Below, piece after piece: positions 9,232 through 19,503 of a DNA stretch of 64,000 nt; the stretch's first letter is position 1, and each line of letters begins with the position of its first letter. Under the pieces are notes generated by a model that saw only the letters and a program-made list of their open reading frames with translations, searched no databases and was not told the origin of the DNA. The position numbers were made by a program, and so were the translations under genes. This DNA comes from a bacterium (lineage in GTDB: Bacteria; Bacillota_I; Bacilli_A; RFN20; CAG-826). The DNA lies in NCBI GenBank assembly GCA_029098125.1, contig JAQXNS010000009.1, positions 6,556-70,555 of the forward strand, in the 5' to 3' direction.

Positions 9232-10446
9232 ATGATTTCATTGACAGACATTATTGTTTCTAAACCATTTCAAAGGCTAAAAGGTAAAACCCAATTGTTT
9301 TCCCCTGCAAGCAACGATCATTACAGAAATAGATTAACTCATTCGTTGGAAGTTTATGCAATTTCAAATTCCATCGTTAGTAGACTAGATTTAAACATTG
9401 ATTTGAATTTACTAGGCATTATTGCTTTAGCTCATGATTTAGGGCACACACCTTTTGGACATGAAGGAGAGAGAACGTTAAATGCTATTCTCTCTGGGGA
9501 AGATGATCTTGGTGGTCTTTTGCCACATAATTGTTGCAAAAAAGAAATTGTCCAAGGCTTTAAACATAATATTTATTCGGCAAAACTCTTTTTGAGAACC
9601 TTTCGCAACAATACTGAAGATGATGAAAAACTATATTTAATTGTTGATGGAATAATAAAACACACAAAGCCATATTATAAAGACAAAAATTCCTTACCAA
9701 TAGTTATTGACTATGGTTTAGGAAGAATTACCAGTTGTTTTTCGCAATTGAATTCAATAGAAAATTACCATTTAAAAATTGAACCTATTTCTACTGAGGG
9801 GCGTATAGTTGCAATTGCTGATGAGATCGCTCAACGTTGTTCTGATTTTTCTGATTCTATGGTTTCAAAATTAATTATGTTTGATGAATTTAAAGAATTA
9901 GTATCTAAATGTTTAAATGTAGAAAACATTTCTAATTATAGAGATTTAGAATCAACCATTAGAGAGTCGTTAATTAATGGATTAGTTTATGATGAAAAAG
10001 ATAATTATTTAAAATTTGGCAAAGAAGCTCAATCATTGAATGATTCTATTGAAAATTGTATAAAAAAACGAATTCAGGAATCTTATTTAATTAGAACTGA
10101 TGATTCTAAGAACTGCCATATGATTAGGCAAGTATTTAAAGCGCTATATAAAAAACCAACTCAACTCGACGATGCATCATTGGTCAACATATACTCAGAT
10201 ATATATAAATCTCATGTTCTACAAATAAAAACAGAATGCACAGATGAACACGGCAACATTGACACCATTAAAGTAGCTTATTTTGTTAAATCTGCATGTG
10301 ATAGATTGATGAACAATATGGAACAAAAAGACGATGGAAAGATTTTTAAAAATTTTCTTGCAAACATTTCTTTTTATATTGCAAATATGACCGACTCATT
10401 TTTGGCTAAAAAATATCATAAGTTGTACAACGGAGTAGAAGAGTAA
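9232..10446 (+). CDS. dGTPase-family HD phosphohydrolase (dNTP triphosphohydrolase-like)
   Basis: 'FQRLKGKTQLFSP...NRLTHSLEVYAIS' and 'ALAHDLGHTPFGHEGE' match Dgt-family motifs (RLQQKTQVF / RLTHSMEV / HDxGHxPFGH); ORF-track start 9187 is TTG; ATG 9232 lies 6 nt after TATAAT 9220..9225 (leaderless); N-terminus is short relative to E. coli Dgt. Confidence 0.75.
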   Translation: MISLTDIIVSKPFQRLKGKTQLFSPASNDHYRNRLTHSLEVYAISNSIVSRLDLNIDLNLLGIIALAHDLGHTPFGHEGERTLNAILSGEDDLGGLLPHNCCKKEIVQGFKHNIYSAKLFLRTFRNNTEDDEKLYLIVDGIIKHTKPYYKDKNSLPIVIDYGLGRITSCFSQLNSIENYHLKIEPISTEGRIVAIADEIAQRCSDFSDSMVSKLIMFDEFKELVSKCLNVENISNYRDLESTIRESLINGLVYDEKDNYLKFGKEAQSLNDSIENCIKKRIQESYLIRTDDSKNCHMIRQVFKALYKKPTQLDDASLVNIYSDIYKSHVLQIKTECTDEHGNIDTIKVAYFVKSACDRLMNNMEQKDDGKIFKNFLANISFYIANMTDSFLAKKYHKLYNGVEE

Positions 10447-10804
10447 AAATTTTTATTTTGGTGTTGCATTGTACAAAATAATGTGTATAATGAAAATATT
10501 CTTAAGCGTTGGGTTTTAGATAATCCAAGAAAATGGTCCGTTATGGATCTTTTTTTATGTTTTCTATGATATAAAGAGCCGTCTTTTTCGATTATTCAAA
10601 GCTTTACATCCCATAGAGCATGTTTATTAATATTCTAATACTGTTGAAAATAGGATTTGCTTTCGTTTTCACGTATCATACAATTACGAGGCGTTGTAAG
10701 AAATTATTCGTCGATTCCTCATTTAGCTTAGTTGTTGGTTACTAGAACGATTTCGTACAATTTAATATCTTTTTTATAATAATTACGTGTTATAGTTCAT
10801 AACG

Positions 10805-11092
10805 ATGGAACTTAAAGAAACAATTCCTAAAAGTTTAAAACAAATACGCATTCAAAATGAACTATCGCAAATAGACATAGCTAGAGATCTTAATATAACT
10901 TAAGCCGCTATTGAACAATATGAGAAATCAAAGAATATGTCTTCCCCAGATATTTTACATTGGTATGCAGAACGATTCGATGTCTCTTTAGATTATATTT
11001 TTGATAGAAGAGATAAACCAAATGGCAGCGCGATTTATGGTTTCGCGAAATCTGGAACGGAAGCAAATCAACTGTTAAAAGAAATTGCTTAA
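10805..11092 (+). pseudogene. XRE-family HTH regulator with in-frame TAA nonsense codon
   Basis: MELKETIPKSLKQIRIQNELSQIDIARDLNIT*AAIEQYEKSKNMSSPDILHWYAERFDVSLDYIF...: classic HTH_3 (..LSQ..IA..L.ISQ.AI..YE.G) interrupted by TAA at 10901..10903 where Q (CAA) is expected. Confidence 0.55.
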
Positions 11093-11443
11093 GTTGCAAT
11101 GGATAAAAACAAAGATTTTTAAAATTTGATTTATAAAAAAGTTAATCGTGTTTTTGCAAATTGTTTCAAAACATTTACTTTAGCAATGTGTACTAATAAG
11201 ATGAATATCTTTTATTGAGCATTGGGACGTTTAAAAGATGAATGCCATTTATTAATGATTAATATTTTTATGCTATTTGAATGAACTATTTTCTTGAAAA
11301 AGATAAAGTTTATTTGAAAAAATATAACTTGTTATTATTGAATCATTTTACTAAAATGATTTTTATAAAGTTTGTGAATGCTTATAATTTATTGAAGAGC
11401 ATAAAAAGCCTTGTATTAGTAATCGTGAAAGGAACATTCAAAT

Positions 11444-12205
11444 ATGAAAAAGATTATTGGCGTTGCGATTGCAGTTTTAATCGCATTGGGGTCAGCATCA
11501 ACATCTAACGAACAGAATCATTTTTATTTTTCAACCATAAGAAAAAGTAGAACTTCTGAATTTAATGGTCATTGTTCAGCATATGGGTTCTCAATTTCTA
11601 ATGACTGGGAACCGATTTACATGAAAGATTTCCAGACATATTCTTATCCTGTTAATGATGCAGGCGAACTTCAATATCAAACAGATATTCAGCAAGTTTT
11701 TTTGAAAAATGTTAATTCATCTAACACATATGCTTTTGCTTATAGAGTTGTCCTCTCCCCACTTCAGCCTGGTAGAGACTGGGGTTTTATAGGTATTGGC
11801 AGTCACGGAGATAATTGGTATGCTAGGGTTTTAAAAACCACAATTGATTTGAGAGATGGGTATTCTTTAGCAGACTGGTCTCCAAAAAATCTTCCTGCCA
11901 ATTATTCTGGAACAATTGGTGTTTGTGGCGGTTCAAGCGGTTTTGAAATCAGCGCAACTGTTGATTTTTCGATGTCTGAATTAACCGTTACCAGTAGATC
12001 CAATGTTGCTACTTCGCATTATGAAACAGAATATAGTATTTATGGATATGGGAATTATGCCGCTAATTCTGTAGTTTTCTATGGCTTTTTAACATTTATT
12101 GTTCCTAATTCATATTCCGCCTGGATTGATGTTACGCATACTTGTGAATACTTTGGCAGCGAATATCATGGCACTGTTAGCCACAATTATTCATTCACTT
12201 ATTAA
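11444..12205 (+). CDS. secreted Ser/Thr/Tyr-rich beta-strand protein (possible aerolysin/ETX-MTX2-like pore-former)
   Basis: Signal peptide MKKIIGVAIAVLIALGSAS; stretch 'FEISATVDFSMSELTVTSRSNVATS' alternates polar and apolar residues as in amphipathic beta-hairpins. Confidence 0.55.
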   Translation: MKKIIGVAIAVLIALGSASTSNEQNHFYFSTIRKSRTSEFNGHCSAYGFSISNDWEPIYMKDFQTYSYPVNDAGELQYQTDIQQVFLKNVNSSNTYAFAYRVVLSPLQPGRDWGFIGIGSHGDNWYARVLKTTIDLRDGYSLADWSPKNLPANYSGTIGVCGGSSGFEISATVDFSMSELTVTSRSNVATSHYETEYSIYGYGNYAANSVVFYGFLTFIVPNSYSAWIDVTHTCEYFGSEYHGTVSHNYSFTY

Positions 12206-12216
12206 AAAGAGCATTT

Positions 12217-12765
12217 ATGAAACGTTTTTTGTATTGTCTATTTGGCGTATTGCTAATTTCTTTAACATCGTGTGGGAACAATAAAACAGTCACAAAAAGT
12301 ATAAATTATTTAAACAATAATGATGCCTGTTTATATACGTTCTGTAGTGAAGGAAAAACTTTTAATTCACTTAAATATTACAATAATATAAATAGTATTA
12401 GTGACATCCAAATAAGCCATGCCTATACCTGTATTGTTTTTGATGTAACTAATGATAGTTTTTGTCTCTCGAAAGAAAATCTTAATGAATTGTATGGCTT
12501 ATTTAAATGCGATTCTTATTTATGGATTTCTTTTTATGGCATTAAAGATTCATCTTTCTTTGTTGATACATTTTTTGATAACGAAAAACATTATTTCGAT
12601 TTTCGCGCATCGGCTTTATTTTCTTGGTACAATTACGGAAAAAACGATTATGTAAATGTTACTGGGTATGCTAGTTACGCTGATGAATACACCAATGTTT
12701 TTTATCAAGAAATAGTAATTGATTTTTATTCGTATGCAATAAAGTCTGTTTTAGGTTCAATGTAG
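12217..12765 (+). CDS. lipoprotein
   Basis: Lipobox 'LLISLTSCGNN'; tightly packed between 11444 gene and the ABC gene. Confidence 0.6.
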   Translation: MKRFLYCLFGVLLISLTSCGNNKTVTKSINYLNNNDACLYTFCSEGKTFNSLKYYNNINSISDIQISHAYTCIVFDVTNDSFCLSKENLNELYGLFKCDSYLWISFYGIKDSSFFVDTFFDNEKHYFDFRASALFSWYNYGKNDYVNVTGYASYADEYTNVFYQEIVIDFYSYAIKSVLGSM

Positions 12766-12766
12766 C

Positions 12767-15064
12767 ATGGTTCTAGAAGCTAAAAATGTTTCAAAATCAT
12801 TTTCCGAAAAAACTAGAATCGTGAAAGTGGTTGAGAATTTTTCATATACCTTCCCGTCGACAGGTTTCGTGTGTTTTCTTGGCGAATCAGGAACTGGAAA
12901 AACAACTTTAATGAACATGCTTTCTTCTTTGCTAAAACCAGACGAAGGCTGCATTCGTTTAGATGGTGAGAATATTTATTTTATGCATCAAAAAAAACAA
13001 ATGCATTTAAGAGCTAATAGCATTGGTTTTGTTTTTCAAGAAAACAATTTGCTAGAAGATTTTACTGTTTTGGACAATCTACGTTTTATAATTGATGATG
13101 ATGAACAAATAAGCGATTGCTTAAAAAAACTGAATATACTATCTTTAAAAAATGTCTTAGTAAGCAAATTATCAGGTGGCGAAAAGCAGCGTGTCGCAAT
13201 TGCTCGCTGTTTTCTTAAAAAAAGCAAAATAATTTTTTTAGATGAGCCAATTGCTAGTTTGGATGAAAGAAATGCTAATGAAGTTATTGAAACGATAAAA
13301 ACAGTATCCAAAACGGCATTGTGCTTAGTTTCTCTTCATAACCAAACTATTGCTGATTTATATGCTGATGTCATTATACGTTTATTCGGCGATGGAAAAT
13401 ACCATATTTATGACAACATTGACAAAGAAAAACATAGTTCTTTAAGCCAACATCAGACCTTGATTAATGATTGCAAACAAAAACAAAATCAAAAAATTAT
13501 GTTATTATTTGCATGGAAAAATTTGTGGAGCAGAAAAACAAGAACTTTTTTACTTATACTCATTTCGCTTATCTCAATGACTTTTTCTTTGCTTCAAGGA
13601 TCTTTTTTGTTTTTTGATACTTCTGTGGCGTTTTCAGAAGCCTTAAAAGAGGAAAACGCTTGGATAATACCTCTAAAACAATTGCGTATAAACAATCCAA
13701 CCCAAGAAGATGTTTCATTAAAATGCGGAATCAACTTTTTCCAAGAATCGAAGAAAGAGTTTGGAAAGTGTGTTCCTGTAATTACCGGAAAAGAAAGCAA
13801 ATATAATACCACGCTTTATTATATTCCTTTTGTTGAAGGACTAACGATCAATAATCAAATCGTTCAAAATCCTAAGTCTGGGCAATGCGTCGTTTCTTCT
13901 TTCTTAAAAAACTTAGCTTCAGATTCTCTTTCTTCAAGTATTTATTCTCCTTTTGGCTCATTTGATGTTTCTTTTGAGTACCAAAGTATTATAGAAGTAG
14001 ACTTTTCTGCATCAGATATGAGCTCACACATAATGAATATTAATTACCAAATAACTAAAAAGGACACCTTTTTAACGAATTATTCGTATGTAATTATGAA
14101 CGAAAATGATTTTTATACAATTTACAATTCTTTTGATTCGCTTTTTCTTAAAGGAGCTTCTTTTGCAAATGAATCGTTGACTATGAAAGAATATGTTGAC
14201 TCTACAACAATTTATTCGAAATTTTCTAACCAGCAAATCTCATTTGGCAGTCAGCCCAAAAAAAATGATGATGTTGTTGTATCTAAAAGATATTTAGCAT
14301 CATTGGGTATTGAAACGAAAGATTATAATAGCATTTTAAATAAACAGTTCCATTATCGTGACTTATCTTCGTCGCCTAATTACGTTAATTACGAACAAAC
14401 GCCAAATATTTATCTAATTAAGGATAGTGTTACAATTTGCGGCATTACAGATTTGGATAGTGCGGACATCTATATCTCTACTGAGTTTTATTCTAATATT
14501 TGTTCTATGCTACCTTACTATTCGTTTCAAATAGCGGCGATTACTGACAATTATTTAAGAACTGGATCTATTTTAAAAAATGCTTCTTTTAAAGGAGAAC
14601 TGGATTATCTTAAGCCCATTTATTTAATTGAACAAACAAAAACCGGTCCACTTTCAGGCATATTTATTACTCTAGCTATGCTATTCTTTTTTTTGACTGC
14701 TATTATAGGCGTTTCAATTGGACTTGAAAGTGTATCTGGAAAAGAAAAAAGAATTGCTATGTTAATGTCTTTGGGGAAAGATTCTAATGTATTATCAAGG
14801 TTTCTTTTAATGCCTTGTGTTTTTTTGCAAATAATTAGTTATGCTTTTTCTTCTTTGGCATCATTATTTATTATTGTATTTATCAATAAAATATTGATGA
14901 AAGAGTCTGTTTTAGGTATATCATATAATCTATTTCGATTAGAATCATTATCTATGGTTATTTGTTTGGCTATTGCTACATTATCTATTGTTTTTTCTCT
15001 TCTTTTCGTTGTTAAAAAAATATCAAAGGTTGACATCGCATATACCTTGAAGGGAAAAGTGTGA
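12767..15064 (+). CDS. MacB-type fused ABC transporter (N-terminal ATPase + FtsX-like 4-TM permease with large extracytoplasmic loop)
   Basis: Walker A GESGTGKTT, signature LSGGEKQRVAIARCF, Walker B IIFLDEPIASLD; TM1 around residues 245-275, large loop, three C-terminal TM helices. Confidence 0.85.
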   Translation: MVLEAKNVSKSFSEKTRIVKVVENFSYTFPSTGFVCFLGESGTGKTTLMNMLSSLLKPDEGCIRLDGENIYFMHQKKQMHLRANSIGFVFQENNLLEDFTVLDNLRFIIDDDEQISDCLKKLNILSLKNVLVSKLSGGEKQRVAIARCFLKKSKIIFLDEPIASLDERNANEVIETIKTVSKTALCLVSLHNQTIADLYADVIIRLFGDGKYHIYDNIDKEKHSSLSQHQTLINDCKQKQNQKIMLLFAWKNLWSRKTRTFLLILISLISMTFSLLQGSFLFFDTSVAFSEALKEENAWIIPLKQLRINNPTQEDVSLKCGINFFQESKKEFGKCVPVITGKESKYNTTLYYIPFVEGLTINNQIVQNPKSGQCVVSSFLKNLASDSLSSSIYSPFGSFDVSFEYQSIIEVDFSASDMSSHIMNINYQITKKDTFLTNYSYVIMNENDFYTIYNSFDSLFLKGASFANESLTMKEYVDSTTIYSKFSNQQISFGSQPKKNDDVVVSKRYLASLGIETKDYNSILNKQFHYRDLSSSPNYVNYEQTPNIYLIKDSVTICGITDLDSADIYISTEFYSNICSMLPYYSFQIAAITDNYLRTGSILKNASFKGELDYLKPIYLIEQTKTGPLSGIFITLAMLFFFLTAIIGVSIGLESVSGKEKRIAMLMSLGKDSNVLSRFLLMPCVFLQIISYAFSSLASLFIIVFINKILMKESVLGISYNLFRLESLSMVICLAIATLSIVFSLLFVVKKISKVDIAYTLKGKV

Positions 15065-15072
15065 TTTTTTAT

Positions 15073-16876
15073 GGCTCTTTCCAATAGTTATTGAAAAAAT
15101 GATAATTTTACTATATAATATATTATATAGTAAGGAATAATTATTTTATGAAATCAACTTTGAAGCAACTTTCTCCTCATATCTCCATTGATAAAATTCA
15201 AGAATCTGATGATGCCATTTATGTGTATTGTCATCAAAAAAATAGTTCTACCGTATGCCCTAAATGCAATGAAAAAATATCATCGGTTCATTCTATTCAC
15301 TCTAGAAAAATCCAAGATTTGCCTGTCCAAGGTAAAACAGTATTTCTTATGCCTGAAGTAAGACATTTCCATTGTAGAAAATGCAATTTAATATTTACAG
15401 AAGAACTTGAATATGCTTCTAAAACAGCACATAAAACTAAAAGGCTTACTGAATTTATCCTTGATCATTCATGTTCAATTAGTTCTTTAACTTCACAAAG
15501 TACATTAAATAAACAAGGAGTTATTGTAAAGAAAAGCACAATTTGTGCTTATCAAAAAAAAAGATGCTCCTAACATTGATTACGAATCTTTATTTATAGT
15601 AGGAATTGATGATTTTGCAATTAAAAAAAGACATACGTATGGAACGATAATGATTAATCATCAAACGAAAACTATTGTCGATATGATTCCATCAAGAGAA
15701 ATTAATGATCTTAATGTTTGGCTTTCTAAATTTATTAACCTCAATACAATTTCACGAGATGGATCTTTAATATATAAAAATGCGATTGATATTTCTTTGC
15801 CTCAAGTAAAACAAATATCAGATCGATTTCATTTATTAAAAGGATTAAGTGAAGCTATATCAAGTGACATTAGATCTAAATATGATAGAGTTTTAGTTGA
15901 ATCTTATGAATTATCTTTTAAAGATAAACAAACAATAAAAGAACGTTTTGATTTAATAAAAAATGATATTAATAATGGAATATGTGTATCCACCGCTTGT
16001 TCAAATAACAAATTAGATATTAGGCTTTTCAAAAAGTTAGAAAAAATGTCAGATTCTGAATTGACTAAATACTTTTCAAAAAAAGATAAAAATGATTTAA
16101 AAATTGAAGAAAATAGGAAAAGAAAATCCAAAGTAATAAATGATGTAAGAGAATTTTATTCAAAAAGTAAATCATTAACTAAAACAGCAAAAGAATTTGG
16201 AATTGACAGGAGAACTGTTTCCCATTATTTATCAGATCAGTATGTTGATCTTCTCTTTTCTGAAGATAAAAATTCTGGAGCAAAAAGCGAATTAGACGAT
16301 TATCAAAAAGATATTTTTGAATTATTGAATAATAAATGTTCAATAAAAGAAGTTTTTATCACCTTAAAGGAAATAGGTTATAAAGGATCGTATTCAAATC
16401 TAAGAATGTATCTAAGGCGTTTAAGCAAACAGAATAAGTTAACATTAGATTCTTATGTTGAGAAGAAAGATATATTAAATTTTCTTTATCATGAAAAAAA
16501 TGATGATTTATTACCTAGAAAATATCTTAATATTGCTTTTTCTAAATATCCTATCGTTAAAGAATGCCTTTCAATATTTTTAGAATTTAAATCAATTCTT
16601 TTAAATATTAAAAAGAAAAAATATCTAGACAAATGGATAATTAAGGCTTCTAGATTAGAATCAAAAAACATTGACTCGTTTGTTCGTGGAATTAAGAGAG
16701 ATTATGATGCTGTTATTAACAGTTTATTATGTGATGAATCTAATGGGATTGTAGAGTCAAAAGTTAATACAACAAAATTAACAAAACGAATAATGTATGG
16801 TAGATCATCATTTGAATTAATCAAAAATAAGGCTATGAGATTACAATCATTACGTCAATAACTATTGGAAAGAGCC
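15073..16876 (+). mobile_element. ISL3-family insertion sequence, about 1.8 kb, with 22-bp terminal inverted repeats and 8-bp target-site duplication
   Basis: IRL GGCTCTTTCCAATAGTTATTGA (15073..15094) is the exact reverse complement of IRR 16855..16876; flanking direct repeat TTTTTTAT at 15065..15072 and 16877..16884; inserted 8 bp after the ABC gene stop. Confidence 0.8.
15148..16861 (+). pseudogene. ISL3 transposase, frameshifted in an A9 homopolymer (15554..15562)
   Basis: N-terminal zf-ISL3 'CPKCNEKISSVHSIHSRKIQDLPVQGKTVFLMPEVRHFHCRKCN'; second ORF continues in +1 frame with 'IVGIDDFAIKKRHTYGTIMINHQTKTIVDMIPSRE' (DDE domain); removing one A fuses the frames. Confidence 0.7.
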
Positions 16877-16928
16877 TTTTTTATATTAGCTTCAGAAAGA
16901 TTTGATATATTTCATAAGACCTTTTTTT

Positions 16929-18823
16929 GGAGAATCACTTAATATCTTGTGCTAAATCGATAGGTTTAGACACTGTTCGAACTCTTTCCTATCCAAATAA
17001 AAGTTATCAACTGGTAATTTTATAGCATCGATTATTGGGCAAAAATCTTCATTTTTAGTTAATAAATTTATATATAATTCATTACATTTCACTACTTCGA
17101 ATTTTCTTACAAATTCAAATAATTTGTTAGCTGGGACCTTGTCCTTTAAGGTTTTAAATTCCACAATTCGCATTAAAAATAGTGCTGTATAGCAAACTAA
17201 AAAATGTCCATATATGCTTTCTTTTTTAGAGACATAAATAGGTCTAGCTGAGAGATTTGTTTTTAAAATTCTAAATGATTCTTCAATTCTCCATAAATTT
17301 TTATATACATTATAGATGTGTTCAACACTGTCTTTGATTTCAGATGTAATTAACATGTTGTAACCACAGTATTTTTTCTCTTCATTTATTTTTTCATAAT
17401 CAATAAGAGCGTTGATATTTGAGGAGTCTATTACACCATCTTTGTTAATTGATGCAATTTTTACATATTTTGCAAGATCTCCAAGCTCTTTTCTTTTAAT
17501 TCCACTAAGCGATAAATTGGTTAACTTTTCGACTTCTTTATCTATTTCCATTATGTGTTTTTCTTCAAGTTTTTTAGACCAATAAACTATTCTTTTTTGA
17601 GAAACTGAAAATTGGATTTTTTTGTTAGCTTCATCTAAAAATGAATATTCAAAATTATCAATGCATGACTTAATTTTAAAAACCACTTCATCGCCCTCTT
17701 TTGTTTCTTTGTATTGATTTTGAATATCAACCCATGTTTTTTCCTTTTTTGATAATTTTTTAACTGATTGTGAATATATGTAACCATCGCCGTTTTTGAT
17801 AGCTTCATGTATGTTTTTTGCACAATTTAAGCCTTTATCAGCCACTTGAATAGTTTTTCCTGTAACATTATTAGTTTTTTTCATCTTAGAAATTATTTTT
17901 CTAATTTCTTCTTTTTCTGATTGATTTCCAGGATACATATGCATCGAAAGTGGAATTTGATCTTCATCAAGAAGTAAAGCCATACCTATTATTGGTTCAT
18001 TGCGATTTTCTTTTGATGGTCCTTTTTGCTTATCTTCATATGCTTTATCGATTTCAAAATAGTAATTTGTGCAATCAAAATATACATTTTTTGAATTTCT
18101 TTTGTACATTTTTTTGTAGTGATAATTAAGTATTTCAATTATTCTTTCGTAATTTTCACCAAGTATGTTTAATCCATCCATAAGTTGGTTATAACTAAAA
18201 TTATATTGTTCGATTAATTTTGGGATTATTTCAATATATGATTTATGTTTTGAAACTGGTGAAATAATTCTTGCTGAAATTAACGCAATAAAAACATCAA
18301 GAAGTGAATATTTACATTTTGTTCCATAGGTTACATATGAAAAATCTTCTTTGATATCTAACTTATTCAAAACAGAAATTGGCAAGAAATAACCGATATT
18401 TTTGACAGGTGAAACTCCCGTTATTTTTTGTTTATTTTTGTTTTCTAATTCATCCTTTCTAGCTTTTTCCATTTTTGTGACTATATTTTTTGCGTATGTC
18501 AAAGGATCTTCAATGCCATCTTTTAAAAGATTTTCATGGTAACCAATAACCTTCACAGATTTTTGTGTAGTGTATCCTTTTTCAGGATCATGTACACCGT
18601 TATAAACTTGATAATAAATACCTTTTTTAGTTTTTGTTTTCTTTAGAAAGTAACTCATATTTTCACCCTATATAATTATAGCACAAGATAGCACAATAAA
18701 CAAGAAGAAATAAAATATTTTGTCAAATCGTCAAAAATAAAAAATTACCCATGAAATACAGGTATTTTGGATTTAATTGGGTATATTCTTCTAAAGATTT
18801 ATTGTGCTAAATTCTAAAAACGG
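16929..18823 (-). mobile_element. IS1634-family (IS4-superfamily) element 1; boundaries approximate
   Basis: Transposase 16952..18658 flanked by the IS-associated repeat halves 'GGAGAATCACTTAATATCTTGTGCTAAAT' (16929..16957) and 'TCTAAAGATTTATTGTGCTAAATTCTAAAAACGG' (18790..18823); 'TTGTGCTAAAT' is present at both ends. Confidence 0.45.
16952..18658 (-). CDS. IS1634-family DDE transposase
   Basis: 568 aa; 'GPSKENRNEPIIGMALLLD', 'VADKGLNCAKNIHEAIKNGDGYIYSQSV', 'YKNLWRIEESFRILKTNLSARPIYV' are hallmark IS1634/IS4 blocks; paralogous to 21732..23459. Confidence 0.8.
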   Translation of the reverse strand: MSYFLKKTKTKKGIYYQVYNGVHDPEKGYTTQKSVKVIGYHENLLKDGIEDPLTYAKNIVTKMEKARKDELENKNKQKITGVSPVKNIGYFLPISVLNKLDIKEDFSYVTYGTKCKYSLLDVFIALISARIISPVSKHKSYIEIIPKLIEQYNFSYNQLMDGLNILGENYERIIEILNYHYKKMYKRNSKNVYFDCTNYYFEIDKAYEDKQKGPSKENRNEPIIGMALLLDEDQIPLSMHMYPGNQSEKEEIRKIISKMKKTNNVTGKTIQVADKGLNCAKNIHEAIKNGDGYIYSQSVKKLSKKEKTWVDIQNQYKETKEGDEVVFKIKSCIDNFEYSFLDEANKKIQFSVSQKRIVYWSKKLEEKHIMEIDKEVEKLTNLSLSGIKRKELGDLAKYVKIASINKDGVIDSSNINALIDYEKINEEKKYCGYNMLITSEIKDSVEHIYNVYKNLWRIEESFRILKTNLSARPIYVSKKESIYGHFLVCYTALFLMRIVEFKTLKDKVPANKLFEFVRKFEVVKCNELYINLLTKNEDFCPIIDAIKLPVDNFYLDRKEFEQCLNLSI

Positions 18824-18875
18824 AAAAATCTTTTAGTTTGATTATGTTTTTGTTAAACTATAAATAGAGGTTAAT

Positions 18876-19490
18876 ATGAAAAAAACAATAACCATTTTTG
18901 TAATGTTATTAACATTCACTAGTTGTAGTGAGGCTCCTGTTACTAGTAATGACTCAAATTCTAATAATGGGTTGGTTTTGCCTGGAAAAGATAGACTTTG
19001 GTGGTTTGAAGGCTTTGATAATAATGATGAAGTCAATAAATTTATTGTTGAGTTAAAAAATGCTAGAAAAAATGGCACTTTTAGTTTTGGAGTTTCCAAT
19101 TTTGAAGTTCCAATTCTTTATAAGCATTTTAGTACAACTTTTTCTGGACATATTGATAAAAGTGCTTCGAAAAAAGAAGATATTTTTAACTCTATATATG
19201 ATTATTTTTGGATAGAATATATATTTAATGAAAATACTACTCATTTACCAAATTATAATAGATTTAGTATTTGCTTTTATCCATTTTATTTGCAAGATAA
19301 AGACAATACTTTCGATAATAGTAAAATTGAATACGAGTTCATCAATTATTATGATGGAGCATACGAAGTAACTTTCACTTATAGCGAAAACATTATTATG
19401 AAGGCCGAGTTATCTCAAGAAAGTGGTAATGAAATAGATAAAGAGCTAATGATTGATGAATTAATTAATAATTACGAATTGATAGTTTAA
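18876..19490 (+). CDS. lipoprotein (possible cognate inhibitor/partner of the downstream C10 peptidase)
   Basis: Lipobox 'LLTFTSCSEAP'; 14 bp upstream of the peptidase gene. Confidence 0.6.
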   Translation: MKKTITIFVMLLTFTSCSEAPVTSNDSNSNNGLVLPGKDRLWWFEGFDNNDEVNKFIVELKNARKNGTFSFGVSNFEVPILYKHFSTTFSGHIDKSASKKEDIFNSIYDYFWIEYIFNENTTHLPNYNRFSICFYPFYLQDKDNTFDNSKIEYEFINYYDGAYEVTFTYSENIIMKAELSQESGNEIDKELMIDELINNYELIV

Positions 19491-19503
19491 TGGAGGAAAA
19501 GTT

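Noticed and set aside
11281-11508. 75-aa ORF upstream of and overlapping the 11444 gene
   Set aside because: It lies out of frame over the RBS and signal-peptide region of a better-supported gene and has AT-rich low-complexity sequence.
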